Of a stretch of DNA of 64,000 bases, positions 28,124-41,647 are shown piece by piece. A program made the position numbers and the translations under genes. The notes beneath the pieces were generated by a model. That model worked only from the letters and a program-made list of their open reading frames with translations. It made no database searches and was not told where the DNA came from. Within the stretch, counting starts at the first letter, position 1; every line of letters starts with the position of its first letter. Where the stretch lies: contig OX597828.1 of assembly GCA_951406725.2 (NCBI GenBank), forward strand, positions 69,378,001 through 69,442,000, read 5' to 3'. The stretch is from Octopus vulgaris. Taxonomy: Eukaryota.

Positions 28124-28479
28124 TGTTTTACATGTAATGAATATGCAAGACAGTTTAAGATTATTCGCTCACAGAGGAGGTGAGTTAGTAGAATCGTTAG
28201 CGGCATTTCGTCCACCCAGGGTGATTTTACCTTTCATCCGTTGGGGAGGGGGAGGCGACAAAATTGCTGGCTCCGTGCAATAAATTAGAAATCATTATTT
28301 ATTTGCTCACAACTGGTGATTCTCAACAGTGCGAACTCTTTGAGTATCAGGCTCTGCGCAATTGACAAAGGAAAAACAAAATCACACAACACTTGGAACT
28401 ATGAAAAGTAGGTACACTGTGATTCAACAGATTCGAACAAGTATATATGGGTATATATTTATGTCACTAGTCGCCATGA

Positions 28480-28670
28480 TAGATCGTTAGCCACTACACA
28501 CATTTTTTTCTCTCCTTGTTTCCCTCCTTGTTTTTTCTGTGTCCCTTTCTGTAGAAGAGCGTAGGCTCGAAACGTAAAAGACTTTTTCTATTCCTCAGCG
28601 TTATACTAATGCATCTGTTTGTTTTGTACACCACCTGTCTTCGTCTTTTGTTTTTTTTCGTAAACTCTCT

Positions 28671-28672
<2 letters not shown>
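28480..28672 (+). mobile_element. Short hammerhead-bearing element (GAGC-GTAG-GCTC family)
   Basis: CTTT-CTGTAGA-A-GAGC GTAG GCTC-GAAAC-GTA-AAAG at 28545-28580. The 3' end abuts (TA)n. Confidence 0.8.
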
Positions 28673-28717
<45 letters not shown>

Positions 28718-28732
28718 GTATATATACATACA

Positions 28733-28769
<37 letters not shown>

Positions 28770-28815
28770 ACATATATATATATGTACATATATATATATA
28801 ATATATATATATATA

Positions 28816-28861
<46 letters not shown>

Positions 28862-29125
28862 ACATAGGCGCAGGAGTTGCTGTGTGGTAAGTAGCTTGCT
28901 TACCAACCACATATCTATCTATATGTTTGTGTGGCTGTGTTTGTCCCCTCTAGCATCGCTTTACAACCGACGTTGGTGTGTCTAAGTCCCCGTAAAATAG
29001 CAGTTCGGCAATAAGAGATCGATAGAATAAGTACTAGGCTTACAAAGAACAAGTCCTGTCTTCGTCTTTTGTTTTTTTCGTAAACTCTCTCCTATATATA
29101 TATATAAATATATGTATATGTATAT

Positions 29126-29225
<100 letters not shown>

Positions 29226-29342
29226 AGAATAAGTACTAGGCTTACAAAGAACAAGTCCTGGGGTCGATTTGCTCGACTAAAGGCAGTTCTTCAGCATGGC
29301 CGCAGTCAAATGACTGAAACAAGTAAAAGAATAAAAGAATAA

Positions 29343-29398
<56 letters not shown>

Positions 29399-29979
29399 AA
29401 ATTTAGGTTAGTTAAAATGTGCTCGTAACATATTTCAAGTCCTAAAAGACAATTTCATTTCAGTTGCCGTGGAGAAAGTATCTCTTTTATGGTAAAAAAA
29501 AAGGTGTGAAAACACTCGGTTTGTTCAGTGTCGCCATCTATGAGGAATCCCAAACATCGATATAGTAAGTTAAAAACCATACTAGACGGACAAACAAGCG
29601 GTAAAGAGATACAGAATGTCACCAAATGTCCATCAGTTATCGGCAGCCAGAGGGTGAAACGCAATGAAGGCGCGGAATCTATTTATCTATTTATTTATTT
29701 ATATTTAACGGGAAGTCGCGTACTCTCTGTTTGTTTGTATTTGTATTTATATATACAGGACTCGGGTATGTCTGTGCGATCAGAAGTTTGCTTCCCAGCC
29801 ACATTGATCCAGCTTACACTGGCATTCACTGAGCCCTGGAGTTTCAACGGAGACCTGCTTAGGGGTTTGTTTATAAAGGAAGATACATATTTCATCAGAC
29901 AACTCTTTCAACAGATGGTGTGTCACACACACACACACACACACACAATCAAACACACATACATGCATACGTACATGCA

Positions 29980-30134
29980 TGGCTGTGTGGTAAGAAGCTT
30001 GCTTCCCGACCACATGGTTCCGCGTTCAGTCCCACTGCGTGGCACCTTGGGCAAGTGGCTTCTACTGCAACCTAGGGCTGACCAAAGCCTTGTAAGTGGA
30101 TTTGGTAGCCGGAAACTGAAAGAAACCCGTCGTG

Positions 30135-30204
<70 letters not shown>

Positions 30205-30380
30205 TGTGTGTGTTTGTCCCGCCTACCATCGCTTGACAACCGATGATGGTGTGTTTACGTCCCCGTAACTTAGGTTCGGCAAAAAGAGTCCGAAAGAATA
30301 AGTTACTAGGCTTACAAAGAAGAAGTCTTAGGGCCGATTTCTTCGGCGAAAAGGCAGTGCTCCAGCATGGCCGCAGTCAA
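29980..30380 (+). mobile_element. SINE family A
   Basis: TGGCTGTGTGGTAAG...GTTCAGTCCC...CCTTGGGCAAGTG with internal (TA)(TG)n. Confidence 0.9.
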
Positions 30381-30512
30381 AAATAAATACATACATACAT
30401 ACATACATACATACATACATACATACATACATACATAGAGATATGAATAGATAAAAAGTTATGTGGATAGAAAGACAGATAGATATATAAGCAGACAGAC
30501 ATATATACACAC

Positions 30513-31208
30513 ACTAGCAGTATCGCCCGGCGTTGCTCGGGTTTGTAAGGGAAATAACTATATAAGCATTTTTAGAGAGTTACTTCCCTTATATAATAGC
30601 AAAAAAGTGCATTAAAAATGGAAAAAATGATGGTAAATTTTTTTTTAAATCGTAGACTCATCGTAGACGCGTGCTAATACCCAGAAGGGCTCGATATGAA
30701 TCACGACTATAAGATACCCGCTTTTGGTTAAACTGCACCGCAAAATGTGGGAGTAGTTAGGAATCTAAATCGGAGGAGACAGACTCTCACACAACTTCAC
30801 TTTTATATACACACATATAGACACACATGCAGATATATTTGACTAGCAGTATCGCCCGGCGTTGCTCAGGTTTGTAAGGGAAATAACTATAAAGCATTTT
30901 TAGAGAGTTATACCCAAAAATAGCAAAAAAATGGAAAAAAAGAGAGTTAAAAAAGGGGGAGTTGCGTCCCCTAGACAGTTTGTGGTTTGTGTATCTGATT
31001 GTCGACCCCATGTCGAATTTATCGATTTTTTTCAGAACTGGGGGAACTTTTCAAAATTTTCGCTGCGTTAGTTTTGAATTATGACATTGGGCTATGTGTG
31101 TGTCAAGTTTCATCAGAATCGGTTGAAAGCCGTGGTCAGGGTGAGGGTACAACCAAACAGACACACAGAAACACGCACAGACAAACTGCCGTTTATATAG
31201 AGAGAGAT
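30513..31208 (+). mobile_element. Two adjacent non-autonomous Helentron/Helitron-like elements (~30513-30810 and ~30842-31208)
   Basis: Both begin ACTAGCAGTATCGCCCGGCGTTGCTC, with a subterminal hairpin. The second has AAGTTTCATCAGAATCGG and an ACAGACAAAC...TTTATATAGAGAGAGAT end typical of DINE-1/Lep1-like elements. Confidence 0.7.
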
Positions 31209-31793
31209 ACTGACATATATTTTTATGGCTGTATAAAACGCTGTCCCACCCTACATGTCAACCTAGCTAAGAAGAAAGAAATGAAAGAAAGAAAGCAGAC
31301 TTGTTTCTAGTTTTATTCAACCGACATTATTAATATACGCACACACATAAATAGGTGTGTATGTGTGTGTGATGTGTTTCTGAACAAGTGTTATACCTAT
31401 GCTAAAGGCTTCCAACGAGGCAGTCACCTGTTCGTTTACCTGTCTGTCTCCGTCGATCTGTCTTTACATCTTTGAAATGAACTCCCTTCCCCCCCCTCTT
31501 TCACCTGTCCTACCTTTCCCACCATCAATCACCGACAAGTTTTCCCACCATCTCTCTCATTCTTACCTGTTCACTATCGTAACCCGCACCTCCTCCCCCT
31601 CCACCGCTATCCTCCCTTTCTCCCTCTCTCTATTTCTCTCTCTCTCTTTCTTTTCTCCCCCCCTCTCTCTCTCCTATTGAAATGCTCTTACATGTGTGCC
31701 AACTGTATAACTTCTATAATATTATTTTTATTCATAAAACTCGTATGATTGAGTTTTTTCTATTTTAAACTCGTTTATGACTTGTAGATGTTT

Positions 31794-31857
<64 letters not shown>

Positions 31858-32181
31858 TATAACGATTCTTTCAATAGATGAGATGACACACGCACACACA
31901 CACATGCACACACACACACACATGCACACACACACACACACTCATACACACATATGCACACACACATATACACACACGCACATACACACATACACTCTCT
32001 CTTTCCCTCTCTCTCTCTCTCTCTCTTTCTATCTCCTCCACACTCTCACTTCTCAGAACTTCGTCTTCGTAGCAACGTCCTCTCTCCCTTTGCGACCTTG
32101 TGGCAAATAAAGAAACCAGAATTATTCTTGTTGTTGTTTCCATTGTTATTATAATCTCCTCTCCCCCCCTCTCCTCTTCTG

Positions 32182-32228
<47 letters not shown>

Positions 32229-32690
32229 ACACGCTTATAACAAGTTTCATGTGAGTTTCTCGTACTCCGCCAGTTCACACTCGCAGATTTACTCGACGGG
32301 TGTGCAGCAACACCGCCTTTTGTAGGGTTTGTATCATTTATTGTGTCTGTTCTGTCCGCTGCACCAGTTTTTGCTTTCCAGTATCTGAAGTGACTTTTTA
32401 GTATCATGTCTTTTTCTTTTCTTTTTTTATTTTTGTATTATATGTTGTGCAAAATGTCTTACAATAGTCAAAGGAGGTGACTGAAGCGCACATCTTCTGT
32501 GTACCTTGTGCTTTCGAATTTACAGTTCTCTTTGTTGTCTAAAATATATTGCTATTTGCAGAAATACATTGAAAATTGTGCTTTTGAACTGAAAGTAATT
32601 TGAATAAGGAATGGGTAATGCCTAGCAAAGCTGTTGCCCCACCCCACTTTTTTTCCCCTTCATATATATGTAACCTATATAGCAGATGTA

Positions 32691-32930
32691 CAGGGTGGGC
32701 AAAAGAAGGTATACAGTTATGAAAATGAAACGAAAGCACGCACAACACTCATTTATTTTTAGCAAAAATTTATGATGAAAGTTATGATAAAAGTTTTATT
32801 ATAATTATGATAAATGTATCATTATGATTAACGACACTGAAAATATAAAAAAAAAACGAGGCTAACTAATTTAATGTGGTAATAACTATAACTCTGATGT
32901 GATACGGTATACCTACTTTTGTACCCCTTG
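32691..32930. mobile_element. Tc1/mariner-type MITE
   Basis: TIRs CAGGGTGGGCAAAAGAAGGTATAC and GTATACCTACTTTTGTACCCCTTG, with TA on both sides. Confidence 0.8.
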
Positions 32931-35900
32931 TATAAACAAGACTAATTCAGCTGTTTCTCACTAGATTGGAGAAAAAATTGTGAACAAAATCGACTTTCAA
33001 ATCTTATTGGATTTTCCTCAGAGGTGTCTGCATCAATTTGACCAATCCCAGGGAAACTAAGCATCCAACCTGTTGTCAACGACTTCTGTAGCCAAGAAGA
33101 ACTGAAGCTAGAAATTTGCGTAACGTAAGCGTTAACACTTCATTTTTAAATATCAGGGACCTGTCAACGGGGATCTCAGTCCACACAGTAGCAAGATGTA
33201 ATACATGGAAACTATATAGCATAGTACTTAGTCAGTAGAGAAGGGCAATTCTATAATTATTTTTAGGGGCCTCGGGGGCCAGTAAGAGTCAGTTATTCTT
33301 AGAGCAGAGATCTTGACTGATTAATCACACCAGAATAAGCTATGTAAAAGACATCCTAGAGTTGCAGGTCGTATCGTTAAATAGGCCAACGGATAAGATT
33401 GTCTTTCGGGTTCGTATTACCTTACAAGCCTTCAATTGCACTTTTACAGTAGTTCTTTATCAAACAAATTCTCAGTGCAGCAGTTTCGGGTCAAGTGAAA
33501 AGTAATAATGGGCGTTTGACGTCTGTAATTCTGCCAAGTCTTTTAACAATCGGTGGAAGGCTTACACTTGTGTCTTTAGCAATAGGTATGAATGTGGTTG
33601 TATGAAATGCGGTTTAAGGTCTGATATATTATGTCTTTTGTTAAAATGAAGTCAGGATAGATATCAATAAACGAATGTAAAGACAAGTTGCAATTGTCTA
33701 CACTGAAGCATTTATTACCGCCGCTGAAATTAGATACAGAAAACTGGTGGGACATTAAGAATTATCAATACATTATGTAGATTCAAATGTTCATAGAAAT
33801 GAAGATAAAATGTTAGAAAACCCTGGTTACAATTCTCTCTAAATGTTGGTAAGACGCGAAGCATGACGTCAAGGATTCTGGTTTGAATTCCGTCCAAGCT
33901 GAAAACTACAAAGTGAGATCAAACTGTTCTCACATCAAAGGTCTCAGGTTGCTCGTAGCAAAACTCACCTCTCTTGGGACTTAGCGAACAAAAACTTCCC
34001 ATTTTATAACTAATGTACGGACGCTAGGCTAGTCCATCACGTTAAGGGGTAGGTGGTTCGAGTAAATCTAAATGGACCCAACTATAACGTAGTGAACCAA
34101 AATGGGTAGTTAAACGTAAAAGAAAAACACATTGTGGGCAGCTAAAGTTCATGAGCGATCATGCTTCCGCTACCCTCTGTTGAAGATTAGTAGGGAGCAG
34201 CGATGGATTAACCATTAAGCAACATAAGCGCATCGATGGAAATGGGGACGCCACAGAAATGGTAAATAGTTTACGGCACGAAAGAAATCACTTAAATCTT
34301 TCTAAAATGATATTCTAAGTGGTTTATGTGGTGGGCAAATACAATCTCGAAGTGTTCGTGGTGTCATGGTGAGTGTTTTAATCTGATCAAAGACTTTGCA
34401 ATTAAAAAAGTAGGAGAAAACTTTTCAAATATAAATAAACTAGAACTATACAAAAATAGACATTATTCCCCATCTTACTGTTAGATTTGTTTCATTTTGA
34501 AAAATAAAATTTTATTTTATGGTTTATTAATGTTTATATTTTGAATTACGTTTATATGTGGACACCATAATTTTTTAAGGGCTCAGGGTCTCTCTGGGTC
34601 TTAACCCGGCCTTCGTTACGAACATTCTCAAGGAGACCTGAGGTGTTAACAAAGATATGCTAAGCGGTTAATGCCGGCAAATTTTCATAGTAGAGGCTAT
34701 GAATAATTTATAGAAAACTCAAGCAAGGCGGTGCTACCGGGGTGCCATTTCACGCATTCTTTCGGCTTTCAAAAACTGTTTAGCTGTATAGCTATGACGG
34801 GCTGTTCTTAACGCGTGTAAGGTTGATCTTGCAGTTGGTCGAGTCTCTCATAGACATATCCCCCATCATCTTTCTTTGGCAAAGAATGGCTGGCATTGTT
34901 TATTTGGTTACTATAGAGAAAGTGGTTGTATAGTGTACTTACTTGGAAGGACTGGATACATGAATCTTCTTTTCGCTCATCAGGCCGATAATGTAAAAAG
35001 GAGAATTCAAAATGTGACCATTCCGTTCTTTTAGTGGGTGTACGACTACATAATCTGGTGTTATTGCATTATTAATAAAGACGGCATAGGAATAAATTGA
35101 GCGGGGGGGCATTTGGCGCTACTATTTCTAGCAAATCGAGATATCACGTACATGATCCGTAGTTGGTTATAAGCTGTTGCTATTGTTATTTAGTCGACCA
35201 CCGCATCATCATCATCGCCATCATCGTCGTCGTCATCATCATCATCATCAGCAGCAGCAGCAGCATCGTCATTCAGTTCAAAGGTGGTTGAGTCAAAATG
35301 GGGTATACGTGTAGTGAGGGACGATCAAGGCAGTGAAGGAGGTGGGGTGAGAGTAAAATGAAAGAAAAATTTTGTTTGGTAAACAACTCGGTAGAAAGTT
35401 GGACAGGGAGAGAAACGGAGGAGAGAGAGACAGTGTAGCAGAAAGAGAGAGAGAGAGAAAGAGAGAGAGAGATGGCACCAGTGTGGGGGGAAGAGGGGCA
35501 ATGGGAGACAGAAACCAACAGAGAATCAGAGAAAGAGAGACAGACAGAAACAGTAAGAGAGGGGGATTGTGAGAGAGTGAGACAGAGGATCAGGGGGAAA
35601 GAGAGACGGACAGACAGACAGACAGAGAGGGAGTGAGAGAGAGGCGGATAGGAAGAGAGAGAGAGAGGTCAAATTCGTAGGGACTCCACATCATATTCGT
35701 AACAAAATGGAAAGACCAGACGATAGACTGTATCATGTGAGGAACTGTAAGACAAGCAGACGACACACTCTGCCGTCTGACGAAATGGCTGAGTGCTTAA
35801 GAAGCTCACAACAGTCACTTAGTGAAATAGTGAAATCCTGATATTGTAAATCGTTGATTCCGAAATGTTATTTTATCAGAACAATAAATGTCTCCTTCAC

Positions 35901-36718
35901 CATCACCCGTTTTTCCAAAAGAGATTTTATTTTAGAAATTTTACGGAGATTAATGATTTATCATACTCGGCCAAGCATGGTTGTGTGGTAAGAAGTTAGC
36001 TTCCCAACCATATGGTTTCGGGTTCAGATCTAAAGCACGGCATTTTGGGTGGGTGTCTTCTAATATAGACTCGCACCGACCAAAGCCTTCAGAGTGGATT
36101 TGGTGGACGGTAACTGAAAGAATCCTCGCGTAGCCTGGTGCAGCCTTCTGGCTTGCCACTCCTCAGTCAAACCGTCCAACCCATGCCAGCATAGAAAACA
36201 GACGTTAAACGATGATGATGATATAGTATCCAAGAGTGTGTGTGGGGGGGTGTTAGTCCGTCACTGCCACTTGACAACCGGCTTCGGTTTGTTTGCGTCG
36301 CTGTAATTTAGCGGTTCGACAAAATACACTCGATAGAATAAGTGCCAGGCGTTAAAAAATAAGTACTGGAATTGATTCGTCCGATTAATAAATTGTTCAA
36401 GGTGGTGCCCCAGCGTGGCCGCAGTCTTATGACCAAAACGAATACAAGAAGCGATAAAAGTTGTTTCACGTGTGCAGCCGTAAGAGGAGACCATAATGGA
36501 CGACGGCAAAGCAATGTTGATTAGATTTGATTAAAGTGTTGTTGTTTTAGCTTCAGGTCAGCAATTCTAGAGTAGGCCTACGATATAAAGAAGATGGGAA
36601 ATCAAACCGTGACCATCTCGTCATTTGAGTGGATATACAGCTACATGATCTGGTGTGGGGATGATCTGAAGGAGGATTTTAGCTGTTGCTTTTTGGTATA
36701 TCATGAAATCACGTAGAG

Positions 36719-37241
36719 CAGGGGTCACTAAGCTGCGACCCGCGGGACGCATCCAAACCGCGAGGTCAGTTCATCCGGCCCGCCGCTGCACTGTACCTTT
36801 TGTGTAAGTACCTGCAATGAGAGGTGCATTTGCCTCTAGTATGGCATCAGTGTTTGGAACAACTGATGTCTGTGAGTAACCATTTCCAATAATGAAGAGT
36901 GTGAAGTCATCACATCGAACGAAACTGACTGATGAACATTTGAAAGCAATTCTCTTGGTTGAACGCAGCAATTCCAAAGCAAATATTGATATCTTAAAAG
37001 CTAAACACCAGCTTCAGAAGTCTCACTAATCTTTTTAGCTGCTTAGTTTGTGAGATTCGGATATGTGCACACTGGGTGTGATATAACAATCTTATTGCTA
37101 ATGTCGCCTTCTTTGATAACCTTTTGGTAAAGAAACATCTTCGTTGCCGTTATTTCATTGTATTGAACAAATGGTTATGTGTCCCACGATCGTCATTCTC
37201 TCAATTATGTGGTCCGCCGTGAAAAAGTTTACTGATCCCTG
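36719..37241 (+). mobile_element. Non-autonomous hAT (Buster/Charlie/SPIN-like) element keeping the transposase C-terminus
   Basis: TIRs CAGGGGTCACTAAGCT and AGTTTACTGATCCCTG, 8-bp TSD ACGTAGAG/ACGTATAG, and translation SVFGTTDVCE*PFPIMK..KSSHRTKLTDEHL...QKSH*. Confidence 0.9.
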
Positions 37242-37522
37242 ACGTATAGGGACACGTTACTAGCTATTAGTTGTTTTTGCCCTGCCAACCACAAGCACCA
37301 GCTATCTCTGTATATATCTAGCTCTTTCTCTTTTTTCTTCCTCTTCTCTCTCTCCCCCTTTGTGTGTGTGTGTGTGTGTGAACATTATAGAAGTCAAAAT
37401 TGTTTACCAAATTCACTCAGAAGGCATCGGTGAGCCCGAGATTACCCAATGTGCGATGCGCTGGGACTGATTTCAGAAGCATGTGGTTTGGAAACAAACT
37501 TGTTATCGCACATGCCTGCGTT

Positions 37523-37554
<32 letters not shown>

Positions 37555-37593
37555 TGTATGTATGTATGTATGTATGTATGTATATATGTATGC

Positions 37594-37666
<73 letters not shown>

Positions 37667-38382
37667 CACACACACACATACATACATATAGCCGACTCCC
37701 ACACAGTTTCCGTGTCGGTAAAATTCCTTCACAAGGCACCGGTGGTTCTGAATTAATGGTAGAAGTCAACTCTGTGCTCCAATGTGCTACACTGTGCGAC
37801 CGTAACCGATACCACGCAACTGAGAAGCGAACCTAACTGCATAGCCATGCCTACGTCGACAATATTAACTCGGCCTGCATTTTTTATTTTATCTCTTTTT
37901 ATCAATAGTTTGCCGATCAAAAGAGAATTTGGTCGATCTATGTTTATGGCGACAAACAATGAAATATTAAATCCTAAACAAATTTCTTTTATACGGTTAG
38001 TTTATTTTATTTCAGAGAAGAAATAACAAAGCAACCAACATTTCGTTCCTCCTACCCACGGTTTATTTCGTATACTATCAACTCTACATTCCGACCTGCA
38101 TACCAGGGTATTCACAGCTGACCTACATACATATCAACACTTACACCCGACCAAACAAGCCGCTCCTCTATCGTCAATTCATTTAATAACTATATAGAGA
38201 ATTATTTGGTTAATACGGAGAATAGTGATTTTCTTTTTCCTTTATTTTTACTGGTATAAATACCATCGTTCTCCTCTACATTTCTTAGGTCTCACGTTCA
38301 ATATGGCTGCCCATAATGGTTTCCTCACACATACACACACACAGACACACACACACACACAGACACACACACACACACACAG

Positions 38383-38416
<34 letters not shown>

Positions 38417-39516
38417 ACACACACACACACACACACAAACATTATTATCATAATTGAAGCACCCCAGAGGTCCAAATATATAAAAAAGAAAACAAATGAC
38501 ATGCGTCAAGTGTTCAAACTTCATCCTCTCCAGCGCCTCCGCTAGCGTAACATTATTTGTACAATGTCCAAAATATTCTATCAATACTGTCCAAATGGGA
38601 ATTCTGGTGTTGTGGGGAGTGTGGCGCCATCTCTTCATCACCATTATCGTTCTCACCCAGAACGGTAATACCTGTCAGATTCTTATCTTTAAATTAAATA
38701 AGTTTCCAAGGGGCAAACTTGCTGGGGCTGCCTGCTGGAGCCTAGCGGCAGGTATTTAAAGGGAAAAAATTCACAAGTCAGTCAGTCACCGGCTGACACT
38801 CGCTGACGATACATCGAAGAGGCCAGGGAACAGAAGAAAGGAGACATGCACCCAATACCAGAGCTGAACACACCTCCGAAAGAGGTGGGGCGCCACGTCA
38901 AAACGGTAGAGGAGTAGGGTCCGAAACCGGACGTGGTTCCTCCTGATGATGTCTTGAGCTAACTGGATCCTATAAAGGAGCTGTTGTGGTAGCAGACCAC
39001 GAAACACGGTTGTAATTCCTGTCAGATACTCATCTTTAAATTGAATAAGTTTCCAAGGGGCAGCGAAGGCTCCCGTTACTGTTGGCAAAGCCGTAGGGAA
39101 TGCGGCTCTTCAAGAAGAACAATGCTTTGACATTAAACCTGCTGTCAATCTACCAGCAGTCACCTGGCAACGTATGTCAATGGAGTTTGTTTGGCAGACG
39201 ACCGTGAGAGGGATTAAAGTATTAGACAAGTATTTCTCACTGAAAGCCAAAAAAAAGGCCCAGATGTATTTTTGTTTTGATACGTTTTCTATTGTACAAA
39301 GTCCCATGGATGCGGCGCATGAAAAGTCCTATCCGCACACATGCAAGGATGGACATAAATCAGAAGAATCAGGCTAAATATGAGACAGCCCATCATCAGA
39401 CAAGATGAGGCGATCATCACGGGTGTTTATGTATGCTTGTAGGCATGTATGCATATGTGAGTGTGTGTATGTGTGTGTGTGCGCGCGCACGTACGTATGC
39501 ATGATCATGTATATAT

Positions 39517-39630
39517 GAGCGTAGGCTCGAAACCTGAAAGGCTTTCTCACTTTCCCGAGCATCATACTAATACACCTGCTTATTGTTCGTACACCTGCCT
39601 TCGTCTTTTGTTTTTCTGTAAATTTCAACT
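39517..39630 (+). mobile_element. 5'-truncated copy of the short hammerhead-bearing element
   Basis: Starts at GAGCGTAGGCTCGAAAC and carries the family tail into (CATA)/(TA)n. Confidence 0.75.
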
Positions 39631-39678
39631 ACATACATACATACATACATATATACATACATACATACATACATACAT

Positions 39679-39721
<43 letters not shown>

Positions 39722-39761
39722 TATATATATATATATATATATGTATGCATATATATGTATG

Positions 39762-39834
<73 letters not shown>

Positions 39835-39840
<6 letters not shown>

Positions 39841-40035
39841 TAATCCAAACAAGAAAGCACAAAAAAAACACAACAACGCGAGGACGTGGAACAAATATAG
39901 TATTATTGGACGCTCCGGAAAGAAGGAAAGAAGGAGGGTTTAACGTTTCTAGCGGAGCTCTTCGTCGGAAATATAGGAGAAGGAAAGATCCAGAGAAGGG
40001 ATGACAGAGGAAAAAAAAATCGCCAACGGTACACA
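39835..40035 (-). mobile_element. Short hammerhead-bearing element, related subfamily
   Basis: Minus strand reads TTT-CCGACGA-A-GAGC TCC GCTA-GAAAC-GTT-AAA at 39939-39971. The 3' end abuts (TA)n. Confidence 0.7.
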
Positions 40036-40571
40036 TGCAAAGATAATCTGGAACTCAACTGAAGAAAGAAAACTCCGAATGACCCGTCCTCGTTTTCTTT
40101 GTATCGTCTATCTGGATGTTTTGTTGTCCCTATTTTGTATCACCTAACTGTCCGGATGTTTTGCGTTCTTGTCCCATTTTGTATATATATATATATAGCG
40201 GCGTACGTACACTTTAATCTCTTATATGTAAGTATACGTTTTTTCTAAATCTTGTGCGACTCTATTTCTGTCTATCAACCCTTTCACGCTTATTCGTTCA
40301 TTCCACTCTTCGTTCTATCGTTCCCCCTCTCTCACATTTCTTTGCCTTCCCTTCTTGCTCACTTTCCTTCCACTTTTCACTTCACTGAGTCCCTGTCATT
40401 TTTTCTCGTCCCTCTTTAATTTTTCTGCCCCTCTGCCTCTCTCTCTCTCTCTTCTCTTCCCACGTGACCGGCGTTCGGCCAAGCCTGAACTTTCTTTCTT
40501 GGTCTGACCGTTGTCCGTGCAACATCGATATTCCTCCCTCTGTCTGTCAAACCTTGTATCCCTACCGTAAG

Positions 40572-41155
40572 GAATATTGGTGGAATGTACTAGTGAAGAC
40601 CTGATATAATGATTTGGGATAGAGAAGAGAAATTGAGGGCAGTTGTGGAAATTAGCTGTCCAGCGGATGTCAACATAAAGCGGAAGAGAACATCTGTGCT
40701 AAACTATTAAGAAATCTTTGGTTTCTCTATCCAGATTACAATTTCAGGTTTATGCCAGTTATAATTGGGGCCCTTGGATATGTAACACACTGTCTAAATG
40801 CCAGTTTTGAGAAATTAGGCTTCTCAAAACCAGAAAGGAGAAAACTAATTCAAAGACTATAGGTTCAGTGCATCACGGGAACCCTAAAAGATCTGTAAAA
40901 CTTTGCAGAAATTTCTCATTTAAATATGTATAAGCATGTCTAGATATTCAAGTGCATGCATGAGAGTATATACATAAAATAAAACATACAAATCTGCACG
41001 TATACATACATACATGCATACTTGCATACATAAATAGAAAAATACCCTCGTGTTGATGTTGAAATTCCAATGACGGCGCCTTGGATCTAGATTAGAAACC
41101 GACTCTTTCTCTAATGGCAAGAAATCTTGAAATAAAGCTGAATAATGACATACAT
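40572..41155 (+). mobile_element. RLE LINE 3' end ((CATA)n-associated family)
   Basis: Translation PDIMIWDRE...VVEISCPAD...FMPVIIGALG, then a 3' UTR with internal and terminal CATA repeats. Confidence 0.88.
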
Positions 41156-41573
41156 ATGATTACAAGCATACACACACACACACACATATATATTGTATGT
41201 GCGTATGTGTGTCTGTGTGTCTGTGTGTATGCATGTGTGCTGGTGAGTCAATGCTGTAACATGTGGTTATGGTTAATAAGCATATATTTAAGTTCACTGC
41301 GAGAAATATAAGGCGTAAATAAGCTACCAGAGCTTCGGCAGTTAAGGGTAGACGAGTCTTGGCATTTTTACTGTTATGTCAGATATCACCAGTCTCGCCT
41401 TTCAAATGTAGAAGCTTGTGTGTCTTATACGCGCCAGAAATTCTCATATATATATATATACATTCCTTTATGACATATATTTCACACTATTTCCGTATAC
41501 ATATTTATTAATAACCCACCACACCGTAAGGATTGTGTTTATATGTGTGCATATCTATCTAGCAATCTATCTA

Positions 41574-41647
<74 letters not shown>

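Noticed and set aside
29455-30268. 246-aa ORF at 29528 and the opposite-strand SMVFNLLYRC fragment
   Set aside because: The ORF runs through microsatellites and a SINE. The minus-strand fragment only faintly suggests a PLE RT thumb.
32230-32490. Possible first exon or 5' UTR of a host gene (ATG...CAAAGGAG/GTGACT)
   Set aside because: The sequence is non-repetitive, but the splice donor is weak, the peptide is very short and there is no recognisable homology. RNA-seq would be needed.
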